A stretch of DNA of 64,000 bases from the NCBI RefSeq assembly GCF_009914755.1, contig NC_060939.1, one strand, 5' to 3'. Below, piece after piece: positions 1 to 13,280 of the stretch (its first letter is position 1; each line of letters begins with the position of its first letter). Under the pieces are notes generated by a model. The model made no database searches, was not told where the DNA came from, and worked only from the letters and a program-made list of their open reading frames with translations. This DNA comes from the human T2T-CHM13v2.0 reference genome, Homo sapiens. Made by a program: the position numbers and the translations under genes.

Positions 1-980
1 CATTCGAGTGCATTCCATTCCTTTCCATTTCTTTCCGTTCTGTACGATTCCTACCGTTCGATTTCATTTTGTTCCAGTCCATTCCTTTCGCGTCCATTCC
101 ATTCCATTTCACTCCATTCGATTCCATTCCACTCGATTCCACTTCGTTCCATTTCATTGCATTCCATTCTATTCAACTCTATTGCCTTCCATTCCATTCC
201 ATTCGATTACATTCCATGCGATTCCATTCGAAATCGAATCAATTACATTGCAATCCATTACTATTGAGTCCGTTTTATTCCAGTCCACTGCATTCTGGTC
301 CATTCCATTTGATTCCATTCCATTCTATTCCATTCCATACAGTTGCATTCCATTGGATTCCATTCTATATCTATAAATTCAATTCGAGACCATTGCTTTT
401 GAGTCCATTCTATATGATTCCATTCCATTCAAGTCCATTACATTTGGTTCAATTCCATTCCATTCCATTCCCTTCCATTCCATTCCAGTTGATATCAATC
501 CATTCGATTCCATTCCATTCGAGCACATTCCATTCGAGTCCATTCCATTCGATGCCATTCCATTTGATTCTATTCCATTAGTCTCCATTCAATTCCATTA
601 ATCTCCATTCCATTCCATTCTACTCCAACTGATTCCATTCCATTCTATTCCTTTCCATTCCATTTCATTCCATTCCATTCCATTTCATTCCATTCCATTC
701 CATTCGTGTCCATTCCACTCCAGTCCATTCCATTCGTGTCCATTCCATTCCAGTCCATTCCATTTGTGTCCACTGCATTCCATTCCACTCCATTCCATAT
801 TATTCCATTACACTCCATTCCATTCTATTACTTTCATTTCCATTCAATTCCATTCCATTTGATTCCATTCCACTCGGTTTCATTCCATTTGAGTCCACTC
901 CATTCCATTCCATTCCATTCCATTCAGATCCATTCCATTCTGTTCCATTCCATTCCGTTCCATTACATTCCATTCCATTC

Positions 981-2769
981 GGTACCATTCCATATTGTTC
1001 CATTCGATTCCATTCGAATCCATTCCATTCCAGTCCATTCCATTCGATTCCATTCCATTCATTTCAATTCCATTCCATTCCATTACATTACATTCCACTT
1101 GATTCCTCTCCATTCCCTTCCACTGCATTCCGTTCGATTCCATTCCATTGCATTGCATTCCATTCCATTGGATTGCATTCCATTCGATTCCATTCCATTC
1201 GAATCAATTACATAGCAATCCATTACATTCGAGTCTATTCTCTTCCGTTCCATTCGATTTCGTTCCAATCCATTCGATTCCATTCCATTCGATTCCATTC
1301 CATACTATTGCATTCCATTCGATTACATTATATTCGAATAAGTTCCATTCAAGACCATTTCTTTTGAGTCCATTCTATTTGAGTCCATTCCCTTTGATTC
1401 CATAACATTTGAGTCCATTCAATTCCATTCCTTTCGTTTCCATTCCATTTGATGCCATTCCATTCAATTCTGTTCTACTCGACTCCAATACATTCAATTC
1501 CATTCCATCCGATTCCATTACATTCTTTTCATTTCTTATCCATTTCAAGCCATTCCACTCCATTCCATTCCACTCGTTTCCTTTCCATTCGAGTCCATTC
1601 CTCTCCAGTCCATTCCGTTCAATCCATTCCATTCCAGTCCATTCCATTCGAGTCCGTTCCATTCCAGTCCATTCCATTCGAGTCAATTCCATTCCATTCG
1701 ATGTCTTTCCATAACGATCCATTCCATTCTATTCCTTTCGATTCCATTCCATTCTATTTCATTCCATTCGATTCCCTTCCATTGGACTCCTTTCCATTCG
1801 AGTGCATTCCATTCCGTTCCATTTCTTTCCGTTCTGTACGATTCCTACCGTTCGATTTCATTTTGTTCCAGTCCATTCCTTTCGCGTCCATTCCATTCCA
1901 TTTCACTACATTCGATTCCATTCCATTCGATTCCATTCTACTCGATTCCACTTCGTTCCATTTCATTGCATTCCATTCTATTCAACTCTATTGCCTTCCA
2001 TTCCATTCCATTCGATTACATTCCATGCGATTCCATTCGAAATCGAATCAATTACATTGCAATCCATTACTATTGAGTCCGTTTTATTCCAGTCCACTGC
2101 ATTCTGGTCCATTCCATTTGATTCCATTCCATTCTATTCCATTCCATACAGTTGCATTCCATTGGATTCCATGCTATATCTATAAATTCAATTCGAGACC
2201 ATTGCTTTTGAGTCCATTCTATATGATTCCATTCCATTCAAGTCCATTACATTTGGTTCAATTCCATTCCATTCCATTCCCTTCCATTCCATTCCATTTG
2301 ATATCAATCCATTCGATTCCATTCAATTCGAGCACATTCCATTCGAGTCCATTCCATTCGATGCCATTCCATTTGATTCTATTCCATTAGTCTCCATTCA
2401 ATTCCATTAATCTCCATTCCATTCCATTCTACTCCAACTGATTCCATTTCATTCTATTCCTTTCCATTCCATTTCATTCCATTCCATTCCATTCGTGTCC
2501 ATTCCACTCCAGTCCATTCCATTCGTGTCCATTCCATTCCAGTCCATTCCATTTGTGTCCACTGCATTCCATTCCACTCCATTCCATATTATTCCATTAC
2601 ACTCCATTCCATTCTATTACTTTCATTTCCATTCAATTCCATTCCATTTGATTCCATTCCACTCGGTTTCATTCCATTTGAGTCCACTCCATTCCATTCC
2701 ATTCCATTCCATTCAGTTCCATTCCATTCTGTTCCATTCCATTCCGTTCCATTACATTCCATTCCATTC
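981..2769 (+). repeat. Representative KpnI-to-KpnI unit; probably D15Z1-like chromosome 15p HSat3 family
   Basis: GGTACC occurs at 981-986 and 2770-2775 and once per unit, except at 17142 and 31379 where it is GGTACT. EcoRV GATATC is at 491-496 and is also once per unit. D15Z1 is classically described as a 1.8 kb KpnI Satellite III repeat. The chromosome assignment is inferred from this match only. Confidence 0.65.
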
Positions 2770-5700
2770 GGTACCATTCCATATTGTTCCATTCGATTCC
2801 ATTCGAATCCATTCCATTCCAGTCCATTCCATTCGATTCCGTTCCATTCATTTCAATTCCATTCCATTCCATTCCATTCCATTCCACTTGATTCCTCTCC
2901 ATTCCCTTCCACTGCATTCCGTTCGATTCCATTCCATTGCATTGCATTCCATTCCATTGGATTGCATTCCATTCGATTCCATTCCATTCGAATCAATTAC
3001 ATAGCAATCCATTACATTCGAGTCTATTCTCTTCCGTTCCATTCGATTTCGTTCCAATCCATTCGATTCCATTCCATTCGATTCCATTCCATACTATTGC
3101 ATTCCATTCGATTACATTATATTCGAATAAGTTCCATTCAAGACCATTTCTTTTGAGTCCATTCTATTTGAGTCCATTCCCTTTGATTCCATAATATTTG
3201 AGTCCATTCAATTCCATTCCTTTCGTTTCCATTCCATTTGATGCCATTCCATTCAATTCTGTTCTACTCGACTCCAATACATTCAATTCCATTCCATCCG
3301 ATTCCATTACATTCTTTTCATTTCTTATCCATTTCAAGCCATTCCACTCCATTCCATTCCACTCGTTTCCTTTCCATTCGAGTCCATTCCTCTCCAGTCC
3401 ATTCCGTTCAATCCATTCCATTCCAGTCCATTCCATTCGAGTCCGTTCCATTCCAGTCCATTCCATTCGAGTCAATTCCATTCCATTCGATGTCTTTCCA
3501 TAACGATCCATTCCATTCTATTCCTTTCGATTCCATTCCATTCTATTTCATTCCATTCGATTCCCTTCCATTGGACTCCTTTCCATTCGAGTGCATTCCA
3601 TTCCGTTCCATTTCTTTCCGTTCTGTACGATTCCTACCGTTCGATTTCATTTTGTTCCAGTCCATTCCTTTCGCGTCCATTCCATTCCATTTCACTCCAT
3701 TCGATTCCATTCCACTCGATTCCACTTCATTCCATTTCATTGCATTCCATTCTATTCAACTCTATTGCCTTCCATTCCATTCCATTCGATTACATTCCAT
3801 GCGATTCCATTCGAAATCGAATCAATTACATTGCAATCCATTACAATTGAGTCCGTTTTATTCCAGTCCACTGCATTCTGGTCCATTCCATTTGATTCCA
3901 TTCCATTCTATTCCATTCCATACAGTTGCATTCCTTTGGATTCCATGCTATATATATAAATTCAATTCGAGACCATTGCTTTTGAGTCCATTCTATATGA
4001 TTCCATTCCATTCAAGTCCATTACATTTGGTTCAATTTCATTCCATTCCATTCCCTTCCATTCCATTCCAGTTGATATCAATCCATTCGATTCCATTCCA
4101 TTCGAGCACATTCCATTCGAGTCCATTCCATTCGATGCCATTCCATTTGATTCTATTCCATTAGTCTCCATTCAATTCCATTAATCTCCATTCCATTCCA
4201 TTCTACTCCAACTGATTCCATTTCATTCTATTCCTTTCCATTCCATTTCATTCCATTCCATTCCATTCGTGTCCATTCCACTCCAGTCCATTCCATTCGT
4301 GTCCATTCCATTCCAGTCCATTCCATTTGTGTCCACTGCATTCCATTCCACTCCATTCCATATTATTCCATTACACTCCATTCCATTCTATTACTTTCAT
4401 TTCCATTCAATTCCATTCCATTTGATTCCATTCCACTCGGTTTCATTCCATTTGAGTCCACTCCATTCCATTCCATTCCATTCCATTCAGTTCCATTCCA
4501 TTCTGTTCCATTCCATTCCGTTCCATTACATTCCATTCCATTCGGTACCATTCCATATTGTTCCATTCGATTCCATTCGAATCCATTCCATTCCAGTCCA
4601 TTCCATTCGATTCCATTCCATTCATTTCAATTCCATTCCATTCCATTCCATTCCATTCCACTTGATTCCTCTCCATTCCCTTCCACTGCATTCCGTTCGA
4701 TTCCATTCCATTGCATTGCATTCCATTCCATTGGATTGCATTCCATTCGATTCCATTCCATTCGAATCAATTACATAGCAATCCATTACATTCGAGTCTA
4801 TTCTCTTCCGTTCCATTCGATTTCGTTCCAATCCATTCGATTCCATTCCATTCGATTCCATTCCATACTATTGCATTCCATTCGATTACATTATATTCGA
4901 ATAAGTTCCATTCAAGACCATTTCTTTTGAGTCCATTCTATTTGAGTCCATTCCCTTTGATTCCATAACATTTGAGTCCATTCAATTCCATTCCTTTCGT
5001 TTCCATTCCATTTGATGCCATTCCATTCAATTCTGTTCTACTCGACTCCAATACATTCAATTCCATTCCATCCGATTCCATTACATTCTTTTCATTTCTT
5101 ATCCATTTCAAGCCATTCCACTCCATTCCATTCCACTCGTTTCCTTTCCATTCGAGTCCATTCCTCTCCAGTCCATTCCGTTCAATCCATTCCATTCCAG
5201 TCCATTCCATTCGAGTCCGTTCCATTCCAGTCCATTCCATTCGAGTCAATTCCATTCCATTCGATGTCTTTCCATAACGATCCATTCCATTCTATTCCTT
5301 TCGATTCCATTCCATTCTATTTCATTCCATTCGATTCCCTTCCATTGGACTCCTTTCCATTCGAGTGCATTCCATTCCTTTCCATTTCTTTCCGTTCTGT
5401 ACGATTCCTACCGTTCGATTTCATTTTGTTCCAGTCCATTCCTTTCGCGTCCATTCCATTCCATTTCACTCCATTCGATTCCATTCCACTCGATTCCACT
5501 TCGTTCCATTTCATTGCATTCCATTCTATTCAACTCTATTGCCTTCCATTCCATTCCATTCGATTACATTCCATGCGATTCCATTCGAAATCGAATCAAT
5601 TACATTGCAATCCATTACTATTGAGTCCGTTTTATTCCAGTCCACTGCATTCTGGTCCATTCCATTTGATTCCATTCCATTCTATTCCATTCCATACAGT

Positions 5701-8700
5701 TGCATTCCATTGGATTCCATTCTATATCTATAAATTCAATTCGAGACCATTGCTTTTGAGTCCATTCTATATGATTCCATTCCATTCAAGTCCATTACAT
5801 TTGGTTCAATTCCATTCCATTCCATTCCCTTCCATTCCATTCCATTTGATATCAATCCATTCGATTCCATTCCATTCGAGCACATTCCATTCGAGTCCAT
5901 TCCATTCGATGCCATTCCATTTGATTCTATTCCATTAGTCTCCATTCAATTCCATTAATCTCCATTCCATTCCATTCTACTCCAACTGATTCCATTCCAT
6001 TCTATTCCTTTCCATTCCATTTCATTCCATTCCATTCCATTTCATTCCATTCCATTCCATTCGTGTCCATTCCACTCCAGTCCATTCCATTCGTGTCCAT
6101 TCCATTCCAGTCCATTCCATTTGTGTCCACTGCATTCCATTCCACTCCATTCCATATTATTCCATTACACTCCATTCCATTCTATTACTTTCATTTCCAT
6201 TCAATTCCATTCCATTTGATTCCATTCCACTCGGTTTCATTCCATTTGAGTCCACTCCATTCCATTCCATTCCATTCCATTCAGATCCATTCCATTCTGT
6301 TCCATTCCATTCCGTTCCATTACATTCCATTCCATTCGGTACCATTCCATATTGTTCCATTCGATTCCATTCGAATCCATTCCATTCCAGTCCATTCCAT
6401 TCGATTCCATTCCATTCATTTCAATTCCATTCCATTCCATTACATTACATTCCACTTGATTCCTCTCCATTCCCTTCCACTGCATTCCGTTCGATTCCAT
6501 TCCATTGCATTGCATTCCATTCCATTGGATTGCATTCCATTCGATTCCATTCCATTCGAATCAATTACATAGCAATCCATTACATTCGAGTCTATTCTCT
6601 TCCGTTCCATTCGATTTCGTTCCAATCCATTCGATTCCATTCCATTCGATTCCATTCCATACTATTGCATTCCGTTCGATTACATTATATTCGAATAAGT
6701 TCCATTCAAGACCATTTCTTTTGAGTCCATTCTATTTGAGTCCATTCCCTTTGATTCCATAACATTTGAGTCCATTCAATTCCATTCCTTTTGTTTCCAT
6801 TCCATTTGATGCCATTCCATTCAATTCTGTTCTACTCGACTCCAATACATTCAATTCCATTCCATCCGATTCCATTACATTGTTTTCATTTCTTATCCAT
6901 TTCAAGCCATTCCACTCCATTCCATTCCACTCGTTTCCTTTCCATTCGAGTCCATTCCTCTCCAGTCCATTCCGTTCAATCCATTCCATTCCAGTCCATT
7001 CCATTCGAGTCCGTTCCATTCCAGTCCATTCCATTCGAGTCAATTCCATTCCATTCGATGTCTTTCCATAACGATCCATTCCATTCTATTCCTTTCGATT
7101 CCATTCCATTCTATTTCATTCCATTCGATTCCCTTCCATTGGACTCCTTTCCATTCGAGTGCATTCCATTCCTTTCCATTTCTTTCCGTTCTGTACGATT
7201 CCTACCGTTCGATTTCATTTTGTTCCAGTCCATTCCTTTCGCGTCCATTCCATTCCATTTCACTCCATTCGATTCCATTCCACTCGATTCCACTTCGTTC
7301 CATTTCATTGCATTCCATTCTATTCAACTCTATTGCCTTCCATTCCATTCCATTCGATTACATTCCATGCGATTCCATTCGAAATCGAATCAATTACATT
7401 GCAATCCATTACTATTGAGTCCGTTTTATTCCAGTCCACTGCATTCTGGTCCATTCCATTTGATTCCATTCCATTCTATTCCATTCCATACAGTTGCATT
7501 CCATTGGATTCCATGCTATATCTATAAATTCAATTCGAGACCATTGCTTTTGAGTCCATTCTATATGATTCCATTCCATTCAAGTCCATTACATTTGGTT
7601 CAATTCCATTCCATTCCATTCCCTTCCATTCCATTCCATTTGATATCAATCCATTCGATTCCATTCCATTCCACTCCATTCCATTCGAGTCCATTCCATT
7701 CGATGCCATTCCATTTGATTCTATTCCATTAGTCTCCATTCAATTCCATTAATCTCCATTCCATTCCATTCTACTCCAACTGATTCCATTCCATTCTATT
7801 CCTTTCCATTCCATTTCATTCCATTCCATTCCATTTCATTCCATTCCATTCCATTCGTGTCCATTCCACTCCAGTCCATTCCATTCGTGTCCATTCCATT
7901 CCAGTCCATTCCATTTGTGTCCACTGCATTCCATTCCACTCCATTCCATATTGTTCCATTACACTCCATTCCATTCTATTACTTTCATTTCCATTCAATT
8001 CCATTCCATTTGATTCCATTCCACTCGGTTTCATTCCATTTGAGTCCACTCCATTCCATTCCATTCCATTCCATTCAGTTCCATTCCATTCTGTTCCATT
8101 CCATTCCGTTCCATTACATTCCATTCCATTCGGTACCATTCCATATTGTTCCATTCGATTCCATTCGAATCCATTCCATTCCAGTCCATTCCATTCGATT
8201 CCATTCCATTCATTTCAATTCCATTCCATTCCATTCCATTCCATTCCACTTGATTCCTCTCCATTCCCTTCCACTGCATTCCGTTCGATTCCATTCCATT
8301 GCATTGCATTCCATTCCATTGGATTGCATTCCATTCGATTCCATTCCATTCGAATCAATTACATAGCAATCCATTACATTCGAGTCTATTCTCTTCCGTT
8401 CCATTCGATTTCGTTCCAATCCATTCGATTCCATTCCATTCGATTCCATTCCATACTATTGCATTCCATTCGATTACATTATATTCGAATAAGTTCCATT
8501 CAAGACCATTTCTTTTGAGTCCATTCTATTTGAGTCCATTCCCTTTGATTCCATAACATTTGAGTCCATTCAATTCCATTCCTTTCGTTTCCATTCCATT
8601 TGATGCCATTCCATTCAATTCTGTTCTACTCGACTCCAATACATTCAATTCCATTCCATCCGATTCCATTACATTCTTTTCATTTCTTATCCATTTCAAG

Positions 8701-8899
8701 CCATTCCACTCCATTCCATTCCACTCGTTTCCTTTCCATTCGAGTCCATTCCTCTCCAGTCCATTCCGTTCAATCCATTCCATTCCAGTCCATTCCATTC
8801 GAGTCCGTTCCATTCCAGTCCATTCCATTCGAGTCAATTCCATTCCATTCGATGTCTTTCCATAACGATCCATTCCATTCTATTCCTTTCGATTCCATT

Positions 8900-11800
8900 C
8901 CATTCTATTTCATTCCATTCGATTCCCTTCCATTGGACTCCTTTCCATTCGAGTGCATTCCATTCCGTTCCATTTCTTTCCGTTCTGTACGATTCCTACC
9001 GTTCGATTTCATTTTGTTCCAGTCCATTCCTTTCGCGTCCATTCCATTCCATTTCACTACATTCGATTCCATTCCATTCGATTCCATTCTACTCGATTCC
9101 ACTTCGTTCCATTTCATTGCATTCCATTCTATTCAACTCTATTGCCTTCCATTCCATTCCATTCGATTACATTCCATGCGATTCCATTCGAAATCGAATC
9201 AATTACATTGCAATCCATTACTATTGAGTCCGTTTTATTCCAGTCCACTGCATTCTGGTCCATTCCATTTGATTCCATTCCATTCTATTCCATTCCATAC
9301 AGTTGCATTCCATTGGATTCCATGCTATATCTATAAATTCAATTCGAGACCATTGCTTTTGAGTCCATTCTATATGATTCCATTCCATTCAAGTCCATTA
9401 CATTTGGTTCAATTCCATTCCATTCCATTCCCTTCCATTCCATTCCATTTGATATCAATCCATTCGATTCCATTCCATTCGAGCACATTCCATTCGAGTC
9501 CATTCCATTCGATGCCATTCCATTTGATTCTATTCCATTAGTCTCCATTCAATTCCATTAATCTCCATTCCATTCCATTCTACTCCAACTGATTCCATTC
9601 CATTCTATTCCTTTCCATTCCATTTCATTCCATTCCATTCCATTTCATTCCATTCCATTCCATTCGTGTCCATTCCACTCCAGTCCATTCCATTCGTGTC
9701 CATTCCATTCCAGTCCATTCCATTTGTGTCCACTGCATTCCATTCCACACCATTCCATATTATTCCATTACACTCCATTCCATTCTATTACTTTCATTTC
9801 CATTCAATTCCATTCCATTTGATTCCATTCCACTCGGTTTCATTCCATTTGAGTCCACTCCATTCCATTCCATTCCATTCCATTCAGTTCCATTCCATTC
9901 TGTTCCATTCCATTCCGTTCCATTACATTCCATTCCATTCGGTACCATTCCATATTGTTCCATTCGATTCCATTCGAATCCATTCCATTCCAGTCCATTC
10001 CATTCGATTCCATTCCATTCATTTCAATTCCATTCCATTCCATTCCATTACATTCCACTTGATTCCTCTCCATTCCCTTCCACTGCATTCCGTTCGATTC
10101 CATTCCATTGCATTGCATTCCATTCCATTGGATTGCATTCCATTCGATTCCATTCCATTCGAATCAATTACATAGCAATCCATTACATTCGAGTCTATTC
10201 TCTTCCGTTCCATTCGATTTCGTTCCAATCCATTCGATTCCATTCCATTCGATTCCATTCCATACTATTGCATTCCATTCGATTACATTATATTCGAATA
10301 AGTTCCATTCAAGACCATTTCTTTTGAGTCCATTCTATTTGAGTCCATTCCCTTTGATTCCATAACATTTGAGTCCATTCAATTCCATTCCTTTCGTTTC
10401 CATTCCATTTGATGCCATTCCATTCAATTCTGTTCTACTCGACTCCAATACATTCAATTCCATTCCATCCGATTCCATTACATTCTTTTCATTTCTTATC
10501 CATTTCAAGCCATTCCACTCCATTCCATTCCACTCGTTTCCTTTCCATTCGAGTCCATTCCTCTCCAGTCCATTCCGTTCAATCCATTCCATTCCAGTCC
10601 ATTCCATTCGAGTCCGTTCCATTCCAGTCCATTCCATTCGAGTCAATTCCATTCCATTCGATGTCTTTCCATAACGATCCATTCCATTCTATTCCTTTCG
10701 ATTCCATTCCATTCTATTTCATTCCATTCGATTCCCTTCCATTGGACTCCTTTCCATTCGAGTGCATTCCATTCCGTTCCATTTCTTTCCGTTCTGTACG
10801 ATTCCTACCGTTCGATTTCATTTTGTTCCAGTCCATTCCTTTCGCGTCCATTCCATTCCATTTCACTACATTCGATTCCATTCCATTCGATTCCATTCTA
10901 CTCGATTCCACTTCGTTCCATTTCATTGCATTCCATTCTATTCAACTCTATTGCCTTCCATTCCATTCCATTCGATTACATTCCATGCGATTCCATTCGA
11001 AATCGAATCAATTACATTGCAATCCATTACTATTGAGTCCGTTTTATTCCAGTCCACTGCATTCTGGTCCATTCCATTTGATTCCATTCCATTCTATTCC
11101 ATTCCATACAGTTGCATTCCATTGGATTCCATGCTATATCTATAAATTCAATTCGAGACCATTGCTTTTGAGTCCATTCTATATGATTCCATTCCATTCA
11201 AGTCCATTACATTTGGTTCAATTCCATTCCATTCCATTCCCTTCCATTCCATTCCATTTGATATCAATCCATTCGATTCCATTCCATTCGAGCACATTCC
11301 ATTCGAGTCCATTCCATTCGATGCCATTCCATTTGATTCTATTCCATTAGTCTCCATTCAATTCCATTAATCTCCATTCCATTCCATTCTACTCCAACTG
11401 ATTCCATTCCATTCTATTCCTTTCCATTCCATTTCATTCCATTCCATTCCATTTCATTCCATTCCATTCCATTCGTGTCCATTCCACTCCAGTCCATTCC
11501 ATTCGTGTCCATTCCATTCCAGTCCATTCCATTTGTGTCCACTGCATTCCATTCCACACCATTCCATATTATTCCATTACACTCCATTCCATTCTATTAC
11601 TTTCATTTCCATTCAATTCCATTCCATTTGATTCCATTCCACTCGGTTTCATTCCATTTGAGTCCACTCCATTCCATTCCATTCCATTCCATTCAGTTCC
11701 ATTCCATTCTGTTCCATTCCATTCCGTTCCATTACATTCCATTCCATTCGGTACCATTCCATATTGTTCCATTCGATTCCATTCGAATCCATTCCATTCC

Positions 11801-13280
11801 AGTCCATTCCATTCGATTCCATTCCATTCATTTCAATTCCATTCCATTCCATTCCATTACATTCCACTTGATTCCTCTCCATTCCCTTCCACTGCATTCC
11901 GTTCGATTCCATTCCATTGCATTGCATTCCATTCCATTGGATTGCATTCCATTCGATTCCATTCCATTCGAATCAATTACATAGCAATCCATTACATTCG
12001 AGTCTATTCTCTTCCGTTCCATTCGATTTCGTTCCAATCCATTCGATTCCATTCCATTCGATTCCATTCCATACTATTGCATTCCATTCGATTACATTAT
12101 ATTCGAATAAGTTCCATTCAAGACCATTTCTTTTGAGTCCATTCTATTTGAGTCCATTCCCTTTGATTCCATAACATTTGAGTCCATTCAATTCCATTCC
12201 TTTCGTTTCCATTCCATTTGATGCCATTCCATTCAATTCTGTTCTACTCGACTCCAATACATTCAATTCCATTCCATCCGATTCCATTACATTCTTTTCA
12301 TTTCTTATCCATTTCAAGCCATTCCACTCCATTCCATTCCACTCGTTTCCTTTCCATTCGAGTCCATTCCTCTCCAGTCCATTCCGTTCAATCCATTCCA
12401 TTCCAGTCCATTCCATTCGAGTCCGTTCCATTCCAGTCCATTCCATTCGAGTCAATTCCATTCCATTCGATGTCTTTCCATAACGATCCATTCCATTCTA
12501 TTCCTTTCGATTCCATTCCATTCTATTTCATTCCATTCGATTCCCTTCCATTGGACTCCTTTCCATTCGAGTGCATTCCATTCCGTTCCATTTCTTTCCG
12601 TTCTGTACGATTCCTACCGTTCGATTTCATTTTGTTCCAGTCCATTCCTTTCGCGTCCATTCCATTCCATTTCACTACATTCGATTCCATTCCATTCGAT
12701 TCCATTCTACTCGATTCCACTTCGTTCCATTTCATTGCATTCCATTCTATTCAACTCTATTGCCTTCCATTCCATTCCATTCGATTACATTCCATGCGAT
12801 TCCATTCGAAATCGAATCAATTACATTGCAATCCATTACTATTGAGTCCGTTTTATTCCAGTCCACTGCATTCTGGTCCATTCCATTTGATTCCATTCCA
12901 TTCTATTCCATTCCATGCAGTTGCATTCCATTGGATTCCATGCTATATCTATAAATTCAATTCGAGACCATTGCTTTTGAGTCCATTCTATATGATTCCA
13001 TTCCATTCAAGTCCATTACATTTGGTTCAATTCCATTCCATTCCATTCCCTTCCATTCCATTCCATTTGATATCAATCCATTCGATTCCATTCCATTCGA
13101 GCACATTCCATTCGAGTCCATTCCATTCGATGCCATTCCATTTGATTCTATTCCATTAGTCTCCATTCAATTCCATTAATCTCCATTCCATTCCATTCTA
13201 CTCCAACTGATTCCATTCCATTCTATTCCTTTCCATTCCATTTCATTCCATTCCATTCCATTTCATTCCATTCCATTCCA
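8900..13280 (+). repeat. Run of near-identical 1809 bp units (recent single-unit tandem duplications)
   Basis: Three consecutive spacings are 1809 bp (7857, 9666, 11475, 13284), all carrying the 15 bp insertion allele. The private variant CATTCCACACCATTCC is shared at ~9749 and ~11558. Confidence 0.85.

Noticed and set aside
226-245. TTCGAAATCGAATC as a heat-shock element
   Set aside because: The spacing does not give three alternating nGAAn/nTTCn units, so it is not a canonical HSE.
595-612. TAATCTCCATT resembling a DUX4/homeodomain site
   Set aside because: Only the TAAT half matches, and the AATCA half of the DUX4 consensus is missing.
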